Positions 8,933 through 16,672 of a stretch of DNA of 64,000 nucleotides are shown piece by piece. A program made the translations under genes and the position numbers. Each line of letters starts with the position of its first letter. The stretch's first letter is position 1. The DNA comes from Oscillospiraceae bacterium (lineage in GTDB: Bacteria; Bacillota; Clostridia; Oscillospirales; Ruminococcaceae): positions 11,146 to 75,145 of the forward strand of contig JAFWVK010000083.1 of the NCBI GenBank assembly GCA_017518255.1, in the 5' to 3' direction. Below the pieces are notes generated by a model that saw only the letters and a program-made list of their open reading frames with translations, had not been told where the DNA came from and ran no database searches.

Positions 8933-10006
8933 ATGAAAAAAGCGCTGATTGCCATGAGCGGCGGTGTCGATTCCAGCACAGCAGCGTTTCTCGCAATTGA
9001 GCAGGGGTATTCCTGTATCGGATGCACCATGAAATTATATGAGCCTGTGCGCGCCGATATTCCGGACGATGCCGGATGCTGCGCACCGGATGAATCTGCG
9101 GATGCACGGAAGGTTGCAGATGCACTCGGAATTCCGCATGGTACATTTGATCTTTCGGAGCTGTTTTCGGAAAAGGTCATCCGGAAATTCTGTGACAGCT
9201 ACCGCGCCGGAAAGACGCCGAATCCGTGTATTGAATGCAACCGCTGCCTGAAATTCGGAGCGCTGCTGGATTGCGCGGATAAGCTTGGCTGCGAGAAAAT
9301 TGTTACGGGACATTATGCACGGATCGAAGAAACCGACAGCGGATATGTTCTGAAAAAGGCGGCAGACCCCGCAAAGGATCAGAGCTATGTTCTGTATATG
9401 CTGACGCAGGCGCAGCTGAGCCGGGTTCTGCTTCCGCTCGGCGGACTGAGCAAGCCGCAGGTGCGTGCGGTTGCGGAGCAGCAGGGCTTTGTCAATGCCC
9501 ACAAAAAAGAGTCGCAGGATATTTGCTTTGTACCGGACGGCGATTATGCGCGCATTATCAGGCAGATAACGGGAGAAGAGCCTGTTCCGGGTGATTTTGT
9601 GGATACGGAAGGGCGCTTTCTGGGGCATCACGAAGGTCTGATTCACTACACGGTCGGTCAGCGCCGCGGGCTTGGCATTGCAATCGGAAAACCCGCTTAT
9701 GTCTGCGGACTGGATCCGGAGCACAACCGCGTCATCATCGGCAGCAATGAAGACCTGTTCCGCAGAAGCTGCACTGTATTCGGTGTCAACTGGATTTCCG
9801 GGACGCCGCCGCAGGGATCCCTCCGGTGCCGTGCGAAAATCCGCTACCGGCACCCGGAACAGCCCGCTGTGATAGAGTTTACAGACAATGATACCGTTCT
9901 GCTGACGTTTGATGCCCCGCAGCGTGCAATTACGCCGGGACAGTCTGCCGTATTCTATGACGGGGACATTGTACTGGGCGGCGGGGAAATCACACGGGTA
10001 CCGTAA
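8933..10006 (+). CDS. mnmA: tRNA 2-thiouridine(34) synthase MnmA
   Basis: PP-loop SGGVDSS and conserved NPCIECN and GHYAR motifs. Start set at MKKALIAMSGG after AAAGGAG. Confidence 0.95.
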   Translation: MKKALIAMSGGVDSSTAAFLAIEQGYSCIGCTMKLYEPVRADIPDDAGCCAPDESADARKVADALGIPHGTFDLSELFSEKVIRKFCDSYRAGKTPNPCIECNRCLKFGALLDCADKLGCEKIVTGHYARIEETDSGYVLKKAADPAKDQSYVLYMLTQAQLSRVLLPLGGLSKPQVRAVAEQQGFVNAHKKESQDICFVPDGDYARIIRQITGEEPVPGDFVDTEGRFLGHHEGLIHYTVGQRRGLGIAIGKPAYVCGLDPEHNRVIIGSNEDLFRRSCTVFGVNWISGTPPQGSLRCRAKIRYRHPEQPAVIEFTDNDTVLLTFDAPQRAITPGQSAVFYDGDIVLGGGEITRVP

Positions 10007-10054
10007 CGCATACAAAGACATTCCTGCACATACAATGTGTTGGAGGGTGATGCT

Positions 10055-10288
10055 ATGCCGCAGGAATTCAGAGAATCCTCCCTGCGCGATTTATTCGCGG
10101 CACAGGGAATCGTCGCAGTGCTGGCAGCTGTTCTGCTGCTGGCGCTGCATCTTTTTTCGCCGGAAACTTGCAGGGCGGTGCTGGCTTCGCTGCATGAGAC
10201 TGCGCAGAACAGTCCGTCTGTCTCCGATTGGATGCAGAATCTGGCTGCTGCCGCAACAGAATGGTTTGCTTCCGGTTCCGCGGGATAA
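10055..10288 (+). CDS. Small single-TM protein, unknown function
   Basis: ATG 6 nt after GGAGGG, with one TM segment (GIVAVLAAVLLLALHLF). Overlaps the downstream M50-like gene in another frame. Confidence 0.5.
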   Translation: MPQEFRESSLRDLFAAQGIVAVLAAVLLLALHLFSPETCRAVLASLHETAQNSPSVSDWMQNLAAAATEWFASGSAG

Positions 10289-10857
10289 CGCTCGCGGCGG
10301 ATTTCACTGCACCGGCGCTGCTTGCACTGCTGATGCTGATGCAGCCGCAGTCTGCGGTTCTGCGCGTGCTGGGGGCATGTGTGCTCCACGAATCCGCGCA
10401 TTTTGCCGCAGCCGCTCTGACCGGGCAGCATCCGGAGATGCTCCGGATCTCTGCAACCGGAATGCACCTGAACCTGAAACAGCCGGCGCTTTGTCCGCTT
10501 CCGGCTTATGCGTGCATTCTGCTTGCCGGTGCTGCGGCGAATCTTGCTGCGGCTTTCTGGTTCTGCCGGCTCGGTCTGCACCGTGCGGCAGCCGTTCAGC
10601 TTTCGATCGGTCTGTTCAATCTGCTGCCCTACCGCTGCACAGACGGCGGCACGCTGCTGCATCTGCTCGCAGAGCGCGCCGAGCTGATGCACAGCCGCAT
10701 TCCGTTCCGTGCGCTGCTGCATCTTCCGGCGTTTCTTTGTTCCTTATTGTTTGCCGTTCTGCTGCTGCGTTCCGGCGTACGGAATCTGCCGCTTTGGGCG
10801 ATGCTCTGCTATCTGACTGTTTCAGAGCTGACGGAAAGCAGTGTGCATTCTCCTTGA
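10258..10857 (+). CDS. Site-2 protease family (peptidase M50, SpoIVFB-like core without CBS domain)
   Basis: HExxH inside a TM segment (VLHESAHF) and a second M50 motif NLLPYRCTDGG. The protein is polytopic. The start is uncertain (10228 or 10258). Confidence 0.75.
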   Translation, partial: RMVCFRFRGITLAADFTAPALLALLMLMQPQSAVLRVLGACVLHESAHFAAAALTGQHPEMLRISATGMHLNLKQPALCPLPAYACILLAGAAANLAAAFWFCRLGLHRAAAVQLSIGLFNLLPYRCTDGGTLLHLLAERAELMHSRIPFRALLHLPAFLCSLLFAVLLLRSGVRNLPLWAMLCYLTVSELTESSVHSP

Positions 10858-10948
10858 CTTTTCCTGCTGTATCATTTATAATAATGACAGAACAGAATGA
10901 GTTTGTATTCTGAAATCAATGAGATATATCATTCCAGAGGAAAACAAT

Positions 10949-11539
10949 ATGAAACAAAAACATAAAAAACTTGCCCTTGCCGGCATCATTGCCGACGGAT
11001 TGTATTTTATCTCAGTTATACTGTATCTGATTGTCAAAACAGACTGGGCGCTGACCGTATGGGAATCCATGACGGTAGCCGGAGCTTTTGTCATGACGGC
11101 TGTATTGACCGCAGCGGCAGAAGCATATCAGATAAAACCGATGTTCCGCAGATTCATGCTGATTTCACTGAGCGGTACTTTAATTTTGACATCAGCCGCT
11201 CATTTTACAAGCATCGGTGTAATCAGAAAGCTTGTATCGCAGGGTGTGTCCGTTCCCGATTATTTCAGAATCGGATTCTTTCCGAGTATCGAAATGACTG
11301 TTGACTATACTGCTTGGGGATTGTTTATGGGCTGCGCTTTTCTTGCTTTGTTTTTGGGAATTCAGGATATGCCGATAAAGGGAATCTCCGTAACGTGCAG
11401 CAGCCTTTGCATGGTTGGTTTTGCCGGGAGTTTCTTTTCTGAATCGCTCTGGTATCCGGCACCGTTGGGATACGGATTCGGCTTTTTGATTCTATGTATT
11501 GCCATTCTGAGAAAAAAGGAAGATTCTGAGTTGTCTTAG
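10949..11539 (+). CDS. Polytopic membrane protein, unknown function
   Basis: ATG after GAGGAAA, about 6 hydrophobic segments, visibly AT-richer than neighbours. No recognisable motif. Confidence 0.6.
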   Translation: MKQKHKKLALAGIIADGLYFISVILYLIVKTDWALTVWESMTVAGAFVMTAVLTAAAEAYQIKPMFRRFMLISLSGTLILTSAAHFTSIGVIRKLVSQGVSVPDYFRIGFFPSIEMTVDYTAWGLFMGCAFLALFLGIQDMPIKGISVTCSSLCMVGFAGSFFSESLWYPAPLGYGFGFLILCIAILRKKEDSELS

Positions 11540-11585
11540 GAAATCCATATTATAAAAAAACCGGAAAGAAAACAGGAGGTCAGCC

Positions 11586-12134
11586 ATGAGTCAGACACAA
11601 ACCGCTTCGGAACGCTCCATATCCAAAGGAATTGACATTGCCTTCATTGTCATCGGACTGGCTGTCTTTTTGGGACTCGGCGCTTTTTTCCTGAAAGGCG
11701 TCATTGCGCACATCGAATACCTGACAGCCGATGACAAACTGACCGTTACGGCAAAATATGTCAATGTCACCGTTAAAAGGGGCAAGGCCAAAATGGACAG
11801 TGAGGGAAATGTCACTTCCGATGAAATGTACGATATCACCTACGAATACTGTATCGACGATCAGCCGCATACTTATGTCCGAAAAAACCGTTCCACCTAC
11901 AATCAGAAAGACGTCAAGCTCCGCCTTTACCGCAACAGCTCCGAGGAGGAATACCGGGAGACGGATATGTACGGCATGTGGGCAGGGGTGCAATGGTTCC
12001 TGCTGGCGCTTTCCGCGTATATCGGCATCAAACTGATCCTTTTCGGCGGAAAATCGCTCCGGAACGGCAGCCGCCTTCCGGGAGACAATCCGGAAGAGGA
12101 AAATAAGCCGGATGCCGCTCCCCCGCAGACTTAA
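11586..12134 (+). CDS. Membrane protein, possibly DUF3592-like (TM - beta domain - TM)
   Basis: Strong RBS AGGAGG. An N-terminal TM segment, a roughly 90-aa soluble segment, then a second TM segment and a charged tail. The family assignment is only by architecture. Confidence 0.6.
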   Translation: MSQTQTASERSISKGIDIAFIVIGLAVFLGLGAFFLKGVIAHIEYLTADDKLTVTAKYVNVTVKRGKAKMDSEGNVTSDEMYDITYEYCIDDQPHTYVRKNRSTYNQKDVKLRLYRNSSEEEYRETDMYGMWAGVQWFLLALSAYIGIKLILFGGKSLRNGSRLPGDNPEEENKPDAAPPQT

Positions 12135-12172
12135 TTCGCTGAAAATCTGAATTAAACCGGAGGTGTTGTTCT

Positions 12173-13486
12173 GTGTCTCAGTTTCATATGACGGAATGTA
12201 TCCGCAAAACAAAAATGAGGCAGCCGCTGACTGCCGAAGAAATCCATGCAATGGTGACCGGCATTACGGACGGAACCGTTCCGGATTATCAGACTGCTGC
12301 ATGGCTGATGGCAGTCTGCCTGAACGGTCTGTCCGATTCCGAAACCGCATCGCTGACGATGGCAATGCGCGATTCAGGAAGAGTGATGAGCTGGGATATG
12401 CTGGACGGTCCGGTGGCGGACAAGCACAGCACCGGCGGCGTCGGGGACAAAACTACGCTGATTCTGGCGCCGGTTGTTGCTGCATGCGGAGTTTATATGC
12501 CGAAAATGTCCGGCAGAGGGCTCGGTCATACCGGCGGCACAATCGACAAGCTGGAGAGCATACCGGGACTGACGACGGCGCTGCTGCCGACGAACTTTCT
12601 TGCACTGGTCAGACAGGCAGGCTTTGCGGTTGCGATGCAGACCGGAAACCTTGCGCCTGCCGATAAAAAGCTTTATGCGCTGCGCGACGTGACCGAAACC
12701 GTCAACAGCATTCCGCTGATCTGTGCCAGCATCATGAGCAAAAAGCTTGCAACCGGCGCCGATCATATTCTGCTGGATGTCAAGGTCGGAAGCGGCGCCT
12801 TCATGAAGAATGATGCGGATGCCGCTGAGCTTGCAAGGCTCATGCGGGAGGCTGCAAAGGCGGACGGCAGGGAGTGTACCGCCGTTCTGACCGATATGGA
12901 CAGACCGCTCGGACGGTGTATCGGAAATGCACTGGAGGTTCGGGAGGCGATTGAAGTTCTGCGCGGGGAAACCGGCAGTTCACTCGGCAGGCTGTGCATT
13001 GCGCTGGCAGCGGAAATTCTGCGGATGGCGGACAAAGGCAGCATCGAAGAATGCACAAAGCTCGCAGAGGAGGCAATCCGGAGCGGAAAAGCGCTTCAGC
13101 GGCTTGCAAAGATGATTGAAGGGCAGCACGGCGATCCGCGTGTGACGGAGAATCTTTCACTGCTGCCGGAAGCCGGATGCAGCCGGCAGATTTCTGCGGA
13201 ATCCTCCGGCTATGTGTCCGCGATGCAGAGCGAGGAAATCGGGCGGGCATGTGTTCTGCTCGGCGCGGGAAGAATGACAAAAACCGACAAAATTGATCCG
13301 GCTGCGGGTGTGGTGCTTTCGGCGGAATACGGTGATGCCGTACAGAAGGGGGACCCGCTGCTGACGATGTATGCCGCGACGGAAGCACAGCTTGACGAGG
13401 CAGAGGGAAAACTTCGTGCAGCAATTACGGTGTCACCGGAGCAGCCCCCGGAGCGTCCTTTGATTCACGCTGTCCTCTCAGACTGA
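12173..13486 (+). CDS. pdp: Pyrimidine-nucleoside (thymidine) phosphorylase
   Basis: HSTGGVGDKT and SGRGLGHTGGTIDKLE motifs. The true start may be the ATG at 12188 (MTECIRK...). Confidence 0.93.
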   Translation: MSQFHMTECIRKTKMRQPLTAEEIHAMVTGITDGTVPDYQTAAWLMAVCLNGLSDSETASLTMAMRDSGRVMSWDMLDGPVADKHSTGGVGDKTTLILAPVVAACGVYMPKMSGRGLGHTGGTIDKLESIPGLTTALLPTNFLALVRQAGFAVAMQTGNLAPADKKLYALRDVTETVNSIPLICASIMSKKLATGADHILLDVKVGSGAFMKNDADAAELARLMREAAKADGRECTAVLTDMDRPLGRCIGNALEVREAIEVLRGETGSSLGRLCIALAAEILRMADKGSIEECTKLAEEAIRSGKALQRLAKMIEGQHGDPRVTENLSLLPEAGCSRQISAESSGYVSAMQSEEIGRACVLLGAGRMTKTDKIDPAAGVVLSAEYGDAVQKGDPLLTMYAATEAQLDEAEGKLRAAITVSPEQPPERPLIHAVLSD

Positions 13487-13598
13487 GCCCGCGCAGTGCG
13501 CGGCGCCGTCACCGCTTCCCGTTCTGAGCCGGAACAGGAACGGCTCAGCGGCAAAAACGGTTTACTAACGGATAACGCAGTACATGAGAGAAGAAACC

Positions 13599-13630
13599 CG
13601 GAAAAGCGGCGGATTCTTTTCCGTTCTTTC
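13599..13630 (+). terminator. Hairpin plus T-rich tract upstream of the 13635 promoter
   Basis: CGGAAAAG / CTTTTCCG stem followed by TTCTTTCC. Confidence 0.4.
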
Positions 13631-13634
13631 CCCA

Positions 13635-13663
13635 TTGCGTTTTTTTGCAGATTGTGCTATAAT
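13635..13663 (+). promoter_or_regulatory. Putative sigma-70 promoter (extended -10) of the PNP-fold gene
   Basis: TTGCGT, 17 nt spacer, TATAAT preceded by TGTGc. Confidence 0.6.
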
Positions 13664-13740
13664 AAAGGTAATTTGAAAATTCCCTTTTTCAGAATTGTGT
13701 TTCTGAAATAAATCAGAATTTGGAGAGTGTCAGGTGAAAG

Positions 13741-14490
13741 ATGATAATTGATTCGTATGACATCGAAAGTGATCCGATCGTAAACTTTGAGGCTTTCTAC
13801 GGCGCAAAAAAGAATCTTGTTGAACTATGCCTTGTAATATTCTCTAAGGACATCTATGATCATTTATTGCTGCAGTATGAATGCAAACAAATTGCGGAAA
13901 TATATGTCTGCAACGGAAATATACCGATCTGGTCATTTCAAAGGAATCATAGAGAAATCGCATTTTATTTGACGCAAATCGGTTCTGCCTGTGCAGGAGA
14001 ACTGACAGCAGAAGTGAATCACCTGACGGGAGCATATAAGTTTATTATGTTTGGCTCCTGCGGAAGTCTGGATAACAGTATTACAAACGGAAGATTTATC
14101 ATTCCGTCGCAAGCATATCGCGGTGAAGGGATGTCCTATTATTTTGCTGAACCGCGGGACTATATCAACATAAAAAACGCAGACCGGCTTGAACAGATTT
14201 TTGCTGAACTGGGCATTCCTTTTGTAAAGGGCAAAGTTTGGACAACAGACTGCCCTTTGCGTGAAACGGTCAATCTTGTAAATCAGAGAAAAGAAGAAGG
14301 CTGTATCGCTGTCGAAATGGAAGTCGCCGGGGTGCAGGCAGTTTGTGACTTTTACGGCTTTGAACTGTATGACTTCCTGGCAGCAGGAGATGTTCTGGCA
14401 GAAGGAAACTATCAGATTGAAAAACTGTCTGATGCAAACCATAATCTTGACAAGCTCCAAATAGCGCTGCAAATCTCAGAAAGAATATAA
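13741..14490 (+). CDS. PNP_UDP_1-fold (nucleoside phosphorylase/nucleosidase superfamily) protein
   Basis: Core motifs FGSCGSL and VEMEVAG..(GD) align by eye with DeoD/Udp RVGSCG and EMEAAG. AT-richer than the flanks. Confidence 0.8.
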   Translation: MIIDSYDIESDPIVNFEAFYGAKKNLVELCLVIFSKDIYDHLLLQYECKQIAEIYVCNGNIPIWSFQRNHREIAFYLTQIGSACAGELTAEVNHLTGAYKFIMFGSCGSLDNSITNGRFIIPSQAYRGEGMSYYFAEPRDYINIKNADRLEQIFAELGIPFVKGKVWTTDCPLRETVNLVNQRKEEGCIAVEMEVAGVQAVCDFYGFELYDFLAAGDVLAEGNYQIEKLSDANHNLDKLQIALQISERI

Positions 14491-14660
14491 AACCGTCTGA
14501 AAAAGCGTGTCTTTCATGAACACATTTGCAGGATAGATGTTCTGGCTGCAAATCCTGATTTACCGCAGAAGCACTTTTTGAAATTGAAGTTTGAAAAAAG
14601 AAACGGTCTGCCGGCTCACAATCGCCGCGCACGGAAAAACAAAAGGACGGACATATACTT

Positions 14661-15152
14661 ATGAATTTCATAGATCAGCTCCGTGCAGAGGTCAAGCTGC
14701 ACGGAGACATGGAGGTTGATTTCCGCAGCCGGCGGTATCATCAGGCGCGGAATATCGCCGGAAAATATGTTGATATGATCGAGGAACAGGCGCGGATTGC
14801 AGCCCGCAGCGGAAACTATGAGCGGCTCGAAGGACACGCGAGGATCAGCGGGTTCATTCCGATCAACGAAAAAGACTTTGATATGCCGATTGTGCAGTAC
14901 ACAAAGCAAAAGCATTTTATCAAGAGCAATCAGCTGGAAATTACGCTGGTGCCGGAAAATGAGCTGTTTGAAGTGTTCCTTTCGGCATTCCGGCAGCTCT
15001 GTGTCGAAGAGGATATTGTTTATTTTCCGTTTCAGGCACAGATTCAGGATAAGGACGGTCAGATTCTTTACCACACCCTGCCGCTGACCCTGAAAAAGCC
15101 CAAAAAAGAAAAAATACAGGCATTCGGTTTTCCGTATCAGATTGAATTCTAA
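14661..15152 (+). CDS. Hypothetical protein (163 aa)
   Basis: The open frame is followed 30 nt later by the next gene's ATG. The RBS is weak and no motif was recognised. Confidence 0.5.
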   Translation: MNFIDQLRAEVKLHGDMEVDFRSRRYHQARNIAGKYVDMIEEQARIAARSGNYERLEGHARISGFIPINEKDFDMPIVQYTKQKHFIKSNQLEITLVPENELFEVFLSAFRQLCVEEDIVYFPFQAQIQDKDGQILYHTLPLTLKKPKKEKIQAFGFPYQIEF

Positions 15153-15182
15153 GGAGAGCCGGATTCGGAAAGGTTGAAAAAT

Positions 15183-16415
15183 ATGTCTGCACGGTTTACG
15201 CCGGAAATGAAAAAAACGCACACAATTCTTGTCCCGGATATGCTCCCGATTCATTTTCAGCTGCTCATCAGCATTCTGAAGCCCTACGGCTATCACTGTG
15301 AGCTGCTGCGCACGGCCAGCCGTGCGGTCGTGGACGAGGGCCTCAAGAATGTCCACAATGATACCTGCTATCCCGCACTGCTCGTCATCGGTCAGTTTAT
15401 GGAGGCTCTGAAATCCGGAAGATACGATCCGGATAAGACCGCCCTGCTGATTACGCAGACCGGAGGCGGCTGCCGTGCATCCAATTATATCCATCTGCTG
15501 CGTAAGGCGCTGAAAGATACATTCCCGCAGGTTCCGGTCATTTCCCTGAATTTTTCCGGTCTGGAGAAGGACCCGAAATCCGGCTGGCAGATGACGCCCG
15601 CCATTTTCCTGAAATTTCTGTATGCCGTGCTGTACGGCGATCTGCTGATGTCGGTTTCCAATCAGTGCAGACCGTATGAAATCCGGAAGGGGAATACGGA
15701 GAAAGTCCTGCAAAAATGGGAGAAACGGCTGGAAAAAATGTTCCACAGCAGAGAGTTCCTGCATACCAAGCGCAACTACAAGCGGATTCTCGACGATTTC
15801 GCTGCAATCCCGCGGACAAAGCGGAATAAAATCCGCGTCGGCATCGTCGGCGAGATCTATGTCAAATATTCCCCGCTTGCCAATAATCATCTGGAGGATT
15901 TCCTGCTCTCGGAGGGCTGCGAGCCGGTGATTCCCTCCCTTCTGGAATTTGTCATGTACTGTGCATCCAGCACCGGAATCGAGGGAAAGCTCTATCATTT
16001 TATCAGCAAACAGGTGCTTTACAACAGCATCGGCTACAAGGCGATCTACGCCATGCAGAAGCAGCAGATCAAGGCTGTCAGGAAGCACGGCGTATTCGAT
16101 CCGCCGCATGACTTCGAGCATCTGCGCCGCTGTGCGGACAAATATTCCAGTCAGGGTGTCAATATGGGCGAGGGCTGGCTCATTACCGCAGAAATGGCGG
16201 CACTTGCCGAGACCGGAACCGAGAACATTATCTGCACGCAGCCGTTCGGCTGTCTGCCGAATCATATTGTTGCCAAGGGAATGATGCGCGTGATTAAGAA
16301 CGCCTACCCCAATGCCAATATCACGGCAATTGACTATGACCCCGGCGCAACACGGGTAAACCAGGAAAACCGCGTCAAGCTGATGCTTGCAAACGCAAGA
16401 AAACCGGAAGTGTAA
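15183..16415 (+). CDS. 2-hydroxyacyl-CoA dehydratase (HGD-D)-like family protein, no adjacent activase
   Basis: The N-terminal pattern THTILVPDMLPIHFQLL...NDTCYPALLVIGQFMEALKSGRYDPDKTALLITQTGGGCRASNY matches this family as I remember it. It is usually the C-terminal or third component of BcrAD/BadFG-type activase proteins. Confidence 0.75.
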   Translation: MSARFTPEMKKTHTILVPDMLPIHFQLLISILKPYGYHCELLRTASRAVVDEGLKNVHNDTCYPALLVIGQFMEALKSGRYDPDKTALLITQTGGGCRASNYIHLLRKALKDTFPQVPVISLNFSGLEKDPKSGWQMTPAIFLKFLYAVLYGDLLMSVSNQCRPYEIRKGNTEKVLQKWEKRLEKMFHSREFLHTKRNYKRILDDFAAIPRTKRNKIRVGIVGEIYVKYSPLANNHLEDFLLSEGCEPVIPSLLEFVMYCASSTGIEGKLYHFISKQVLYNSIGYKAIYAMQKQQIKAVRKHGVFDPPHDFEHLRRCADKYSSQGVNMGEGWLITAEMAALAETGTENIICTQPFGCLPNHIVAKGMMRVIKNAYPNANITAIDYDPGATRVNQENRVKLMLANARKPEV

Positions 16416-16423
16416 TCCGGAAT

Positions 16424-16470
16424 CCCCGCAGCGTATGGCTTTTGCTGTACTCTGCGGGGCCTGCTTTTTG
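16424..16470 (+). terminator. Putative intrinsic terminator
   Basis: CCCCGCAG / CTGCGGGG stem with a large loop, followed by CCTGCTTTTT. Confidence 0.5.
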
Positions 16471-16580
16471 CACGGGAGAGCGTGCTGCATGCCGCAGTGT
16501 CAATTATCTGCAAAAACGGCAGAGAATCGACACGGTTTTTGCCTGAGATTCCGAAAAAACGAACGGAATGCAAAAAGAAC

Positions 16581-16609
16581 TTGACTTTTTCTGCCATTTC
16601 GCGTATACT
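16581..16609 (+). promoter_or_regulatory. Putative sigma-70 promoter of rnj
   Basis: TTGACT, 17 nt spacer, TATACT. Confidence 0.55.
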
Positions 16610-16672
16610 GAATCTGTATGGAAAATCACAAGTGCGTTCCGGCGGGGGATGCACAGAAAGAGAGGATAACAT

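Noticed and set aside
9909-10913. 334-aa plus-strand ORF spanning the mnmA end, the small TM gene and the S2P gene
   Set aside because: It is an alternative frame of a very GC-rich stretch, and the product is extremely Arg/Cys/Ala-rich. The competing frames give an HExxH/NxxPxxxxDGG protease and the proper MnmA C-terminus.
14616-16490. 624-aa minus-strand ORF opposite the 163-aa ORF and the HGD-D-like gene
   Set aside because: It is a codon-aligned antisense shadow. The plus-strand product matches a known protein family and the minus-strand product has no recognisable features.
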